Source of the DNA: Felis catus
Lineage: Eukaryota
Direction of reading: 5' to 3'
Length of the DNA stretch: 64,000 bases
Assembly: GCF_018350175.1 (NCBI RefSeq)
Contig: NC_058368.1
Span: 71,364,001 to 71,428,000 of the forward strand
Below are positions 27,980 to 41,512 of the stretch, in pieces. A program made the position numbers and the translations under genes. Position 1 is the stretch's first letter, and every line of letters begins with the position of its first letter. The notes beneath the pieces were generated by a model, which saw only the letters and a program-made list of their open reading frames with translations, did no database searches and was not told where the DNA came from.

Positions 27980-28230
27980 ATGGTATAGTATAGTGGTTTT
28001 AAAACATGGTTCCCAAGTTTTTTGCCACTTCTCCTGTTGAGGAGTAGGGGTAGGGATCTGTGTACCTTCCCCCTGGTTTTGTGTTCTGTGACTGTTTGAG
28101 CAATAGACTGTGTAGAAGTGATGCTGCCTGAAGGGGCCTTAGGAAACTGCCAGCTTCCACTTCTGTTTTCTTGGGACGCTTAGCTTGAAGAACAGCCCAC
28201 TGCAGCCTGCACATGGCCTACCCCTGTCTC
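27980..28230 (+). mobile_element. MaLR LTR fragment (MLT1G/H-like)
   Basis: aaacatggttcccaagtttttgccacttctcctgttgag...gtgactgtttgagcaatagactg..agaagtgatgctg. Confidence 0.6.
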
Positions 28231-28385
28231 ATGGCCCAGGATCAGGATGTAAGAGGGAAGGAAGAAGAAAAGGCAAAAGCAATGTTTATCTGTATCTTTA
28301 GGAAGGATCCCTAAATTTACCCGTGCTAACTTGGTGGTGATCTGGAGTTAGGCACTTTGCTGGGAAGTTGGGAAAAGTCTTTTTT

Positions 28386-28421
28386 TTTTTTTAATTTTTA
28401 ATGTTTATTTTTGAGAGAGAG

Positions 28422-28475
<54 letters not shown>

Positions 28476-28617
28476 CACACATGTGCAGGGAAAGGGCAGA
28501 GAGAGAGAATCGGAAGCAGGTTCCAGGAGCCTGATATAGGGCTCAAACCCACGAGCTTTGAGATCATGACCTGAGCCGAAGTTGGATGCTTAACCGACTA
28601 AGCCACCCAGGCACCCC
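28386..28617 (-). mobile_element. CAN-SINE with (CA)n(GA)n
   Basis: TSD gggaaaagtctttttt on both sides. Confidence 0.92.
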
Positions 28618-29269
28618 GGGAAAAGTCTTTTTTAAACTAAGTAACTGTGTGTCCTGCTAAAATTCTTCTAGTTGTGTAGAAGGGGACAAGGATTCCTGGT
28701 AGAATAATAGTAGTCTCTGACACACTGCTTTTATAATTTGGTGCTATCTTCTTATTGCTTCTAATATAACTAATTTTTTATTTAAAATTCACTCAGGTTT
28801 TACCTGGGGGAAAAAACCTTTCACAGACTAGGAACCTTGAATCATTATTTTTGTCTTATTTCTCTCTCTTTCTCTGGAAATGTAAGTTTTTGTTTGAACT
28901 CACCTATTCATTGAGAGAAAAAAAGGAAAATTTAAAGCCATAGAAACCAAAAAGAAAACAAAAACAAACAAAAAAAATGGGAACTGATCATTATGCTTGA
29001 TAGGTATTTGTATATTATTATTTGTGAAATAGTAAAGTAAGTGTAACATGTAGGTTTCAGTTTCTAGATTTTGACTTTACTGCTGTGTTTTATTTGAGTG
29101 CGGTGATGAGGTTGCTTATCGCTCTGAGTATTTTTTACTTTACAGTTTATTGAAGACATTTCAGGTTTATTTGCCTGCTGGAGGGTTATTTTGGTATTGT
29201 GAAACAAAAGTTTTGAGGATTTATTAGATGTACAATGAGTTCTTGTTATATGTGGTAGTTATGTTTTAT

Positions 29270-29560
29270 AGAGTCCTTGTGAACACTGAATTAGTGAATG
29301 CTGAAACATTGTTCCTAGGGGAGACCCAGAGTTACGTTCTGTGAGCCTCTAGTTGGGTCATTTTAATCCCTACATAACCTTGATGAAAATGTCTTGACAT
29401 AACCTTGTTTTATGTGTGTTTCTGTTGAAAGACACCTTGCTAAATCATGTTGTTGATTCATTAATACTGATCTCATAGCCCCAGTCGGCAGTGCTGTAAC
29501 ACATGCCGGAAGGTAGTTCATCCACCACACGTGTTCTTCTGAAGGCACATCTCATGCTCT
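29270..29560. mobile_element. TcMar-Tigger-family relic (MER82-like)
   Basis: gaacactgaattagtgaatgctgaaacattgttcctagggga...taaccttgttttatgtgtgtttctgttgaaagacacctt resembles the recalled consensus. Confidence 0.6.
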
Positions 29561-29918
29561 GGTTTCTCTTCAAATCGCATAAATCTTTCGCCTTTTACTG
29601 AAGGCACATCTCCCAATTTTAGCTTGTGAAAATTTGAATATATGTGTTTAAGTTTTACTAGTTGGAAACAACTACTTGTGCTAAAACTGATGGAAGTTGC
29701 AGCATAATGTGGAAAGTTCAAATATTAGTTTTATGAAAAATCTGAAGCTGACTTATTTAAACATGTTAGGCTTAATAACACAAAAAGCACATGTTATAAA
29801 CACTTGTAAAGCATATAATATAAAATCTTAAATTGATAGAGATCATACCTGAGTAAACTCTAAGAAAATTTTTATACGGTGCACACAAAAGATTACTTTT
29901 GTTCAAAATGTTGATTAA

Positions 29919-30122
<204 letters not shown>

Positions 30123-30567
30123 TGACCCTCTTCTCCCACCCATTTTTGTTTTCATGAAACTTACAAGTCAACTTCATAAAGTCCTAAAGATTTCATGTTT
30201 ATGCTTGTGCTAAGACATGTGTTGGGAATGACAGATAACTAACAGGGTAATTTAATGGTCAGTGTCTAGGCCTTCTGCTTTGTTACCGTTAATACTCCAT
30301 ATTGGAAATTTCACTTGGGTTTTTTTCCCCTAACCTCTCTTGATGACCTGTATTAGTCAGGGTTCATGTGCTGTTGAGAGAACTGCTGTGGGTGTGATAA
30401 ACAGAAAGGGATTAAGTGCTTACAAATCTTTGGAAGAGATGGAGGGAGGAAGGGTCCCTAGAGTAACTTTCAGGAATGGCTCTCAGAACTAGACCAACCA
30501 GCCTGGCTTCTAGAGGAACTGCCACCATGATGAGGTTGAGAAGTCAGGCTGCCACCCTGGAACTCTT

Positions 30568-31269
30568 TTTTTTTTTTTTTTTTCCTTTTCTTTTTTTTCT
30601 TTTAACTTGTTTTATTTTTTATTTTTTAAAATTTACATCCAAATTAGTTAGCATATAGTGCAACAATGGTTTCAGGAGCAGATTCCTTAGTGCCCCTTAC
30701 CCATTTAGCCCAGCCCCCCTCCTACAACCCCTCCCGTAACCCTCAGTTTGTTCTCCATGAGTCTCTTCTGTTTTGTCCCCCTCCCTGTTTTTATATTATT
30801 TTTGTTTCCCTTCCCTTATGTTCATCTGTTTTGTCTCTTAAAGTCCTCATATGAGTGAAGTCATATGATTTTTGTCTTTCTCTGATTGACTAATTTCACT
30901 TAGTATAATACTCTCCCAGTTCCATCCACATAGTTGCAAATGGCAAGATTTCATTCTTTTTGATTGCCGAGTAGTACTCCATTGTATATATGTGTGTGTG
31001 TGTGTACACACACACACACACACGTATACTGCATCTTCTTTATCCATTCATCCATCGATGGACATTTGGGCTCTTTCCATACTTTGGCTATTGTTGATAG
31101 TGCTGCTGTAAACATGGGGGTGCATGTGTCCCTTCGAAATGGCACACCTGTATCCCTTAGGTAAATGCCTAGTAGTGCAATTGCTGGGTCGTAGGGTAGT
31201 TCTATTTTTAGTTTTTTAAGGAACCTCCATACTATTTTCCAGAGTGACTGCACCAGCTTGCATTCCCAG
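30568..31269 (-). mobile_element. 5'-truncated carnivore/felid L1 (ORF2 C-terminus, 3' UTR and polyA)
   Basis: ORF 30951-31253 LWKIVWRFLKKLKIELPYDPAIALLGIY...CTPMF..ALSTIAKVWKEPKCPS is L1 ORF2; polyT at left; TSD tggaactctt (30558-30567) / tggaattctt (31270-31279). Confidence 0.95.
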
Positions 31270-32124
31270 TGGAATTCTTGACATTAGGGACATACTTCCT
31301 CTGTTCTAGTCAAGGTCTAGGAGGACTGGTGGCTTTTATTCCTTCTTCCCCTTTTTCTTTTATTTAAGCTGTAAACTAAAATACACATTCAGAAAAGTAC
31401 ATAAAACACAAATTTAAAGTTGAAAAATTACTATAGCAAAAACCCATGGAAGCATCAAGTGGATCTTGAAGAACCAAAATGCCAGCTTCTTACACCCCCT
31501 GCCCAACTTCTTCCCCTTCTAAGGATCCCTTCTCCATCCTTCTAGAGCTATTTCCTATTCTGACTGAATCCCGACTGAATCAGCCAGGATCATGTGATAT
31601 GTAACTTTTTATACCTTGCTTCTTTTTTCAACATGATAAGATTACACTGTGGGATTGGATTTCATTTATTATGGCAGAATTTATGGTATCTAGATGCGTT
31701 TCAGACCAATGTTGTAAATATTTGTTGAGTTTGTGTAAGTATTTACCTTAGCAGTTGTTGCTTAAAACTTAAGATACTTGTGTTTGAAATCACTTTTTTA
31801 GCCTGTAGTTTATTGGCGTGAATATCTTTAAGAGTGACAGAATTTTGCGTTTTGGAGATTAATTTGATTTTGATTAAAAATAATGTCTTTGTAACAAAGT
31901 ATGTCTAATTAGATAATTAGCTGGGAAATCACGTTTTTTATTAAAATGGAGACTTTATCATATCATGATGGGAATACTAGTTTGTAATATGATTTCTGAA
32001 GGGAATTTAAAGTGACTACAAGACATTTGTATTTTATTCCAGACGCAAGAGCTACTAGATTGTTTAGGGTAATTATCAGAATTTACAAAATTAATAACAA
32101 GTGTTGTCTTCAGGACACTTTATT

Positions 32125-32126
<2 letters not shown>

Positions 32127-32172
<46 letters not shown>

Positions 32173-32184
32173 CGCGCGCACGCA
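32127..32184. repeat. Compound microsatellite (TG)19(CG)7
   Basis: Read directly. Confidence 0.95.
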
Positions 32185-34209
32185 TTTTATTTGTTCCTGG
32201 CTCATTTATCTCAATCCGAAAGTTTTTCCAAGTTGGCCCCCCCATGGTTGTTTTGGTATAAGACTCTGAAAGTTGGTATTATGCAGTTGATCAAAGTCAT
32301 TAACTACTTACGTTTACAGTTTATGTCTTAGATAGCTTGTCAGCAAGTTCTGTTCTGTACTCCCAGAAAAAAATTATAAATGAATTTAAAAAATTAGTTT
32401 TGTGACAAGTTTTATCTTATTATATCTGATAGTACCTAATTTTATGCTATTTAATATCACACTTTCATCCATTTGTCTTTCCCATTTAATGTTTTATTAT
32501 TTTTTTATGTGTGTTGACTTCCAGTGACTGTAATCCTATCAGTTATCAGACAAATTAATTTTGATTTTCTAGAAGCACGTGTGTTGAGATATTTCTTGGT
32601 GGAAGCTGTAACTGAATGGGAACATGAAAAAAGAACCTTGAATTTCATCGTATTCAGAAAGCCATTCTTACATATTTCAGAGACTTCTTTCTGATATTTA
32701 AACAATTCAAATGTTCTTGTAATAGATTTTCTCTTTCAAATTTCTTTACTAACCTTAAATTATAGTACTTAAGGCACATTCACCAAATTCTTTATCTTCT
32801 AAGATACATGTTATCTCTAATTAGTGTTTCATTTTGAGCCTGGAGGGCTATAATTTTCTGTGTTCTTTTTTTTTTGTTTTGTTTTGTTTTCTTCCTTGAA
32901 ATATCTTGATTGGGTTATCACTTTTTCCAGCTTCAGAACTTAACACGCTTTTTTCTGGTTAACAGAAATGTGAGTAGCATCACATTGCTTGATTTTTTTT
33001 TTTTTTTTTTGGGGGGGGAGCGAAATTTGAAATACAAATACAGTTTCTCCTTAAAGAGGTGCGACACTGAGAAAGTCACCAGTTTTGGTGCGTGAATGCT
33101 TGGTTCAGTTGACTGGCTTTGTTCTCAGTCTGGTCAGAATTTATATGTCAGAATTATCTATGCTGTCCTTGTATATGTTTGATTGTTTTCACAGTCATTA
33201 GTTTTCTGTTGCTTAATGAAAAAATTCAAATGCTTCCCCGTTACGGTTCCTTTTTTCTGTATCCTCCACCTTCCCTCAGAGTGTTCTTTCCTGCCACTGT
33301 TATTCTTGATATACTAGTTAGGAGAGAGTCCTTTCTTTCCCAAGTGTGCTATTCAGTGTGACCTCTGTGTACCTTTATCATGTCATTCCTTTTGCTTGAA
33401 ATGCCTCATTTCCTGTAGTAGAAGCTCACATATACATCTACTCACACACACATACCTGTATAGATGTTTCCTTCTCTCCTTACGGAAGACCGAAAAAGGT
33501 GATTTTGTTAAAATGCCATTTTAATTAACGAAATTGTATGTAATTCTGCTTGAATAGTTTTAGTTTTGTATCTTAATGATAAAACTAAGAATTGGCAATA
33601 TTTGGTTTAAAAAAATTCCAAATGGTTCAAAAGAGTATACATTGGAAAAATAACTCTCCATACCACATTTTTATCTCAACCATTTAATTTTCCTCTGGAG
33701 GCATCCTTTGTTTTACATCTGTTTACAATGCATCTTTGGTAGTGTTCCATATCTAACTTAAAGCATTATCTTCTTTTTTTATGATTTTTAACATTTAGTT
33801 GTAGCTGTACAGTCCTAGAATTTCACCAGTTTCCTGTTGGCAGTTTTTCCAGGATTTTGCTATCACAAATATTGCGATTATGAATGATCCTGTACATCAT
33901 CATTTTGCACATGTGGAAGTAGAATTGCTGGGGAAATGTGAGCTTTAGTAATTTAGTTAAGTATTATTGGTGTCTTTTATAGGAGAGCTTATTTCTTTAT
34001 TCCCTGACCAAAAGGATCTTTGACTTTCTGCCTTTGTCTAATAGTGAAAAATAGCATCTCATTTTCATTTTCCTTCTTATGAGTGAGGTTGAATTTTTCT
34101 TCATAGACTGATTCACATTCCCTTTTCTTTGAATTGACTATTAGATCCTTAGCCTTTTGTTATTGTAGGTGTCTTTTATTTTTTTTAGGCAATAGGCATT
34201 TGTGATATT

Positions 34210-34427
34210 TTTTTAAAATTTTTTTTTAACGTTTTATTTTATCTTTTTTGAGACACAGAGAGCATGAACGGGAGAAGGTCAGAGAGAGGGAGACACAGAA
34301 TCTGAAACAGGCTCCAGGCTCTGAGCTGTCAGCACAGAGCCTGATGCGGGGCTTGAACTCACGGACTGCGAGATCATGACCTGAGCCGAGGTTGGCTGCT
34401 CAACCGACTGAGCCACCCAGGCGCCCC
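34210..34427 (-). mobile_element. CAN-SINE
   Basis: 15-bp TSD ggcatttgtgatatt (34195-34209, 34428-34442). Confidence 0.93.
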
Positions 34428-34496
34428 GGCATTTGTGATATTAAGAGGAAGCAATGCTCTGTGAATATTTTTCACCTTTCTATAGAGTGAGGGCTT

Positions 34497-34690
34497 GCCT
34501 TTTTTTTTTTTAAGTTTACTTATTTATTTTGTTAGAGAGGCATAGAGAGGGGGAGAGAGAGAATCCCAAGTAGGCTCCTCACTGTCAGCACAGAGCCGAA
34601 TGCGGGGCTCAAACCCACAAACTGTGAGATCGTGACCTGAGCCAAAACCGAGTCAGACACTCAACCGACTGAGCCACCCAGGAGCTCCCC
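34497..34690 (-). mobile_element. CAN-SINE
   Basis: TSD tagagtgagggctt on both sides. Confidence 0.92.
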
Positions 34691-37224
34691 TAGAGTGAGG
34701 GCTTTCTAGTCAAAGAAAGACCGTTCGTGCCTAGATTGAAGGATAGTGACTTTAAGACAGAACTGGAGAGAGTCTTATTTTTCCTCAGAGCCATTTGAAT
34801 TTCCCCTTCCCTCAGAAAGATAGGTGTACATTAGAGCCAGGTTGGCTCGCTCTCCTCAGGGTCAAGGAAGGGCAGATATGGCAGCAACTCTTACATAAGC
34901 CCTGAGTTTAATAGTTTTGGGGTTCCTCTCCTGTGCTTCTTACTCTTCTGCATGCGTAGGGAAATAAGGCCTTTATCACATTGCCTTATATGGAATTGAG
35001 ATGTGGGGAATAGTACTAACATGTTCTATGAGTAAATAATTGGTTTCTTCTCCCATCTACAAACCATTTGTTTCTTGGCAAGATTACCAAATAAATGTGG
35101 ATTAAAACAAAACAAGACAGGTGTGATTTGTTATTTTTCCTTCTTCACCTCTTGCCTCTTTGACTTGGTATATTGTTTTTTCTTCCTATATAGATATTTT
35201 TTGTTTTAAGTCTTACACTTGCATTTTAAATCTCTTATTTTTGGTGTTACAACATACTTAGGCTTTTCCTACTCATTCATAAATTAAATATTTTTCTTAC
35301 ATGTTTTCTTTTAGTACTTACTTCATCTTTCCTGGTGAAGTTTTCACTTTATCTGGAATTTGATTTTATCTATTTAAAACATGGCTACCTGATTGTCACA
35401 ACCATCTTTGAATAATTTTTCTTTAATGTAGTAATTGGAAGTCACCTTAATTTTATCATGAATTCTCATATGTGTGTAGATCTGTTTTCTTTTTTAACCT
35501 TTCTGTTTAATCATGTGTTAGTACCACACGGTTTGGGATGTTATATCTCTGTGTTATAACACAATATCCAGCAGGACTGTTCCTTTCTCATTACTCTTAT
35601 TTTTTTATTTGATGTTTTAGAATTCGCTTATTTCGTTTATATTTAACCAAAGAAAAAGATTAAAATGATGAAATAGCTGAACTATTAGATAAATGTTTCT
35701 AATTTTCCAGAGATATTAAGTCCTTAAAAGATGTTCTTAATAAGAAAAATGGTTATTAAAACCATTTATGTTTTTGTCATCATATTTCTTCATACTTTAA
35801 TTTGAAAGAATATATTGTTTCCCTTTTACAAAAATGAATGGAAATTGGCATATTTATATTTAATTCTGCTGTCTTTTCCCCCTAACTCTTCATTTTTGCT
35901 ATTTTTATTATTAGTTTTATATTACTGTAACATTTCTGTAGCAGAACTCTCCTAGTGTCTTCCCTTTTTGTATTTTAACTTGTTTTTATGGTCACCAGCA
36001 GCATCTTTCCATAGCCTCATGATTAATCAGTTCTTCATTTTGATTCATCTTATGGTTATATGTTCTTCTTTTTCTTTCTTTTAACAGAACTTATTTTTGA
36101 GAGGTATCCATGGTGTATTTTCTGAGTTCTTAGATGGGTGGTAAGGTTGTCTTTATAACTGAAAAATTTCCTTTCACCTGGGTATAAAATTCTGGGGTTT
36201 GAGATAGCTGAATTAGCATGTTACTGGACTTTTGATCCAATACCAACCCTTGAGTAACTACCAAAATTCACTAAGAAAACAGAAAGAAAGAAAGGAAGAA
36301 AGAAAGAGGAAAAGGAAATAGAGAAAGGAGAGATGAGAAATCACTTGGAAGAGAGAAGGCTCTTTAAACCGATCTGTGTGGGGAACTACAGCTGTAGGGA
36401 GGGAACAGCCAGTGCTGCTAGGGAAGGAAGAGCAGGAGGAAAGCTCTTGCTTGTCCTTTGCTTTTGTTTAGGGACAGTTATTGCCCCTCCCTCACAAGGG
36501 AGCCTTGTATTGATGGCTCTGACCAATTTGAATTAATTTAGCTGATTCTTTTAATATTTTTTATATCTTTTTAATCACTACATGTACACAGGACTTTCTT
36601 GATTTTCCATTTTCTTCTGTCAGCATCTCACTTTGCCCACCCCCTCTGCACAAATGCACATTTCCCATCTTTCTAGTCTACTATGTCATGATTTGGGTTA
36701 GCTCAGTGTTTGGGATTTTATTATGACCACAGTGTGAACACTGTTCACAGCAGTCCTGTTGTCACCTAAGATTACTTTCACTTTCCTGCACCAGTTTTTC
36801 TTTACTGTTAAAAATTGTCTTTGTTTGCTTAGTTTTCTGTGTGCCTATCACTTATTTATCCAAAAACTTGTCCCATGTTTAAGTATTTGCAAGCACATTG
36901 AGTTTTCTGTCAGTTTTACTTTTTGGTAGAAATAGTTGGTTCCTTTTGACTTACTGTAGTCTGGAGTGGTTGCCTTCTACATTTGCATTTTGACTTTTTA
37001 GCTGAGATTTCCCTACTTTGTCCTGAAGATTCCTTACACTTCCCTTTTTTGGATCTCTTTTCTCCTGGATTTTTGTCGTAAACATTCGTTTATTCCCTTT
37101 TTTCCTGGAACACGTCTTTAAAAGGTAGCTTCCTAAGAACTAGTGCACAGGACCTAAATTATATGAGAATTTGCATGAGTGCAGATGACTCTGTATTAAC
37201 TTATTGTGGGGAAAAAATCCAGTA

Positions 37225-38960
37225 GTTTTTATTGTGGTGTAATGTGCATATCATAACATTCATCCATTTTAAGTATACAAACTCAGTAGAGTGAATGTTT
37301 GTATCCCTCCAAAATTCGTATGTTAAAACATAACTCCCAAGGTGATGGTATTTGGAGGTGAGGCTTTTGGGAGATGATTAGGTTACGAGGGTGGAGGCCT
37401 CACTAATGGAATTTGTGACCTCGTAAAAGAGACCCTAGAGAGCAACCTTCTCCCTTCTGTCATGTGAGGACAGAGTGAGAAAGAAGACTCCCATGTATGA
37501 ATTGGAAAGTGACTCTCATCAGACATTGCATTGGCTGGCACCTTGATCTTGGACTTCCCAACCTCAGAACTGTGAAAAATAAATTTCTGTTTTTTATAAG
37601 CCACCCAGTCCATGTTATTCTGTTACAGCGTCCCAAACGGACTAAGACAAGTCAATAAAATTTAAATAAATATACAGAGTTGTGCTACTAACGCCAGAAT
37701 CATTCTATAGAACATTTCTATCACCCCATAAAGTTACCTGTGCACATTTGAAGCCATTTCTTTTCTTTTTTAAAAGATTTTATTTTTTTAAAGTAATCTC
37801 CACGCCCAATGTGGGGCTCAAATTCACAACCCCAAGATCAAGAGTTGGATACTGTAATGACTGAGCTAGCCAGGTGCCCCTGTAGTCATTCCTTTTTACA
37901 TCCCCACTCCCAGACAACTGTTAATTTACTTTGTTTCTGTAGTTTCCATATTTTATATTTCTGGACACTTTGTATACGTGAGATCAAACAGTATATGGTC
38001 TTTTGTGTCTGACGTCTTAGCATGTTTTTGAGGTTTATTTATGGTGTAGTGTGTTTCAGTAGTCTGTTTTAATTGCTGAATAGTATTCCATTGTGTGGAT
38101 ATCCTATATTTTACTTCCCTACTTATAAGTTTGTGGATATTTTAATTGCGCCCACTTTTTGGCTATTGTGAATAATGCTGCTATGATGATTGAGGTATAA
38201 GAGTTTGGACAAATTATTTAATTACTCTTGGGTAGATACATAGAATGGAATTGTTTGTTGTGTGGTAAATTATCAAACTGTCCAGCTGTCTGGACAGCTG
38301 TAAAGTGGCTGCACCATTTTACATTTCCATGAATAATGTGTAAGAGTTTCAGTTTCTCTACATTTCCATATCCTTCTGAATAGGTACTTTTTAATTGTCT
38401 TTTTCATGATAGCCATTCTAGTGGATACAAAATGCTATCTCTTTGGGGTTTAATTTGCTATTCCCTAATGCTTAGTGATATCAAATCTCTGGGTGCTTAT
38501 TGGTCAGTCATGTTATCTCCTTTAGTAAAGTGTCTAATCATATCCTTTGCCTAATTTTAAATTGGCTTATCTTATTACTGAGCTGTGGAATTATTATTTT
38601 TTTTAAAGATTTTATTTAAGTTATCTCTACACCCAACGTGGGGCTCAAACTCACAACCTTGAGATCAAGAGTTGCACACTCCACTAACTGAGCCAGCCAG
38701 CTGCCCCTGTAAGAATTCTTCATACATTCTTGATACAGATATGCAATTTCTAGGTATTTTCTCCCAGTTTGTGGCTTGTCTTTCTATTTTCTTAATGGTG
38801 TCTTTTGAAACATAAGTTTTTTACCCATTAAAGCCCAGTTTACTATTTTTTCCTCATTTATGGATTGTGCTTTTGGTATTGTACCTGAGCATTCTTTGTC
38901 TAACCTGAGGTCACAAAGACTTTCTCCTGTGTTTTTTTCTAGAATTTTGAGTATAGAATT
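37225..38960 (-). mobile_element. Old L1M 3' region hosting an LTR and two short SINEs (about 37758-37880, 38590-38707)
   Basis: ttgctgaatagtattccattgtgtggat, ggctattgtgaataatgctgctatga, gtggctgcaccattttacatttcca. Confidence 0.85.
37284..37649 (+). mobile_element. MaLR solo LTR (MLT1A/MST-like)
   Basis: tgaatgtttgtatccctccaaaattcgtatgtt...ggcaccttgatcttggacttccca.cctcagaactgtga.aaataaatttctgtt...ggactaagaca. Confidence 0.9.
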
Positions 38961-39054
38961 CTGGATTAGAATTAACTTTCTGTTAGCGTCTTGAAGACCT
39001 TTTTCGGCTTTCTTTTAGTTTCGACTTTTGATATTGAGATGTATTCTGATTCTT

Positions 39055-39283
39055 TTTTTTTTTTTTTTAATTTTTTTTTTCAACGTTTATTTATTTTTGG
39101 GACAGAGAGAGACAGAGCATGAACGGGGGAGGGGCAGAGAGAGAGGGAGACACAGAATCAGAAACAGGCTCCAGGCTCTGAGCCATCAGCCCAGAGCCTG
39201 ATGTGGGGCTCGAACTCACGGACCGCGAGATCGTGACCTGGCTGAAGTCGGACGCTTAACCGACTGCGCCACCCAGGCGCCCC
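39055..39283 (-). mobile_element. Young felid CAN-SINE
   Basis: Perfect 19-bp TSD gagatgtattctgattctt (39036-39054, 39284-39302). Confidence 0.95.
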
Positions 39284-39333
39284 GAGATGTATTCTGATTC
39301 TTGACCATTTGTTTAAAAATTTTTCTCCCTCTT

Positions 39334-39551
39334 GGGGCGCCTGGGTGGATTAGTCAGTTAAGTGTCTGACTTTAGCTCAGGCCATGATGTCACAGCTCGT
39401 GGGTTCGAGCCCCGCATCAGGCTCTGTGCTGACAACTCAGAGGCTGGAGCCTACTTCGGATTCTGTGTTTCCCACTCTCTTTGCCCCTCCCCTGCTCACA
39501 CTCTGTCTCTCTCTCCTTCAAAAATAAATATTTAAAAAATTAAAAAAAAAA
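39334..39551 (+). mobile_element. CAN-SINE (sense)
   Basis: Full head, CT tract, A tail; TSD ttctccctct. Confidence 0.93.
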
Positions 39552-40054
39552 TTCTCCCTCTAGAAATTTGCAAGATCTTACCTTTGTCTCTAGTTGTGGC
39601 CAAAACTGTTAGTTGTCTACCAATTACTACTAATAAGGAAAAATAGCTTTTATCTTTTATTAACGTTGTGAATTATTTTGATACTTTTGCTTTATATTCC
39701 TATAATAAATTTTAATTAGACATAATGATTTTCCTTTTGGTGTTTTACTGGATTTTGTGAGCTAATTATAATGATTTTGAATTTTTACTTTTTTAAATAC
39801 TGTCTTTACCAGACTTAATATTATATGTATTTTTTGAAACTGTGAGAATATTGTATAGGTAATAGGCATTATGTGTTCCTTAAATATTAAAACTCAGATG
39901 TGAATCCATTTGTATTGGTATCTTTCTCAGTGGTAGGTCTTTAAACAACTTTCTAATTCCTTTAGTGGTAGACTGTCCATACTTGATGAGGTAATATGAT
40001 CTATTCATAATCAAGATTATTGAAGGTTAATGATTTATTCATGTTCTTCTAGAT

Positions 40055-40236
40055 TTTTTAAAATCCTTTTTAAGTGTATTTATTTATTTTGTGTGTGTGA
40101 GAGAGAGCATGAGCAGGGGAGAGGCAGAGAGAAAGGGAGACAGTCTCTCAGCGCAGAGCCTGATGTGGAGCTCAAACTCATGAACCATGAGATCATGACC
40201 CGAGCTGAAGTTGACCAACTGAGCCACTCAGGTGCC
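40055..40236 (-). mobile_element. CAN-SINE with internal deletions
   Basis: Antisense body. Confidence 0.85.
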
Positions 40237-40329
40237 TGAGTTCTTTTTTTTTTTTTTTTTTTTTTTTTATTGGATCTATTTGATTTAGAAAGAGATACGT
40301 AGAATTTCTCATCATAATTAAAAAAAATA

Positions 40330-40518
40330 GGAATGCCTGGGTGGCTCAGTTGGTTAAGTGTTTGGCTCAGGTCATGACCTTCACGGTTTATGGGATTGAG
40401 CCCTGTATTGGTTTCCATGCTGACAGCCTTGAGCCTGCTTGGGATTCTTGCTCTCCCTCTCTTTCTGCCCCTCCCTCACCTTCTCTCTCAAAAATAAGTA
40501 AGTAAATAAATAAAAATA
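40330..40518 (+). mobile_element. CAN-SINE (sense)
   Basis: gcctgggtggctcagttggttaag...ctctctcaaaaataagtaagtaaataaa. Confidence 0.88.
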
Positions 40519-40519
40519 T

Positions 40520-40815
40520 ATTTTATCTTTTAGAGAAGTTTTAGGTTTACAGAAAGATGAGTAGGAAGTACAAAGAGTTCCTCTATACCCTTTTACCCAT
40601 CCAGCCTTAGTTCCCCCTATTATTAATGTTTTGTATTAGTGTGGTATATTTGTTACAATCCATGAACCAGTGTTGACACATTGTTATTAACCAGTAATTT
40701 ACATTAGGGTTCATTCTTGGTGTTGTACATTCAGTGGGTTTTGACACATATTTGATGACATGTATCCACCATTACAGTGTCATGCAGAGTAGTTTCACTG
40801 CTCTAAAAATTCTTG
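40520..40815 (-). mobile_element. Old L1MC-type 3' end
   Basis: agttttaggtttacagaaa...ttagtgtggtatatttgttacaat...acattagggttcattcttggtgttgtacattc; similar to 4510-4800. Confidence 0.75.
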
Positions 40816-41299
40816 CATTCAGGACCTTCTTGCATTTCTTTCCTTGGCTCTTTCCCTCTTTCTTATTTCTTTCCTTCCCCACCCGCCCCCATCCCTTCCT
40901 TCTTTTTCTTCTGCCATGTGTCAGTTTTTCTGTCTCTTTTATGCATGGTAATTGTCAAACATACAGAAGTCCTAAGAAGAGCAAGAGTGGTATGGTAAAG
41001 TCCCGTGAATCTGTAACCTAGCTTTGTGTTTACTTTGCTCATATTGTTTTATATAAGCCTTGCTTTTGTCCCTTTTAGAGTATTTTAACAAAAATCTCAG
41101 ACATTATGTAATTTCATCTGTTACTACTTCAGTGTACATCTATATTCATTCTACAGCAAGTTGTCCTTGCATTTTAAGCAATGTTTACTTTGCATATTTA
41201 TCTATATATCTATATGTATGGTAGGTATATGTTTATGACATTTTACTTGCATTGTGTACCTTGTATCATTATATCATATCTTTGTCTTGTTTAAAGGGT

Positions 41300-41512
41300 T
41301 TAATTAAAAAAAAATTTTTTTAACATTTATTTTTGAGGGAGACAGTGTGAGAAGGGAAGGGGCAGAGAGACAGAGGGAGACACAGAATCTGAAGCAGGCT
41401 CCAGGCTCTGAGCTGTCAGTACAGAGCCCAACATGGGGCTCGAACTCACGAGCCATGAGATTATGACCTGAGCCAAAGTTGGACACTTAACTGACTGAGC
41501 CAGACAGGTGCT
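41300..41512 (-). mobile_element. CAN-SINE
   Basis: Typical antisense body. Confidence 0.9.
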
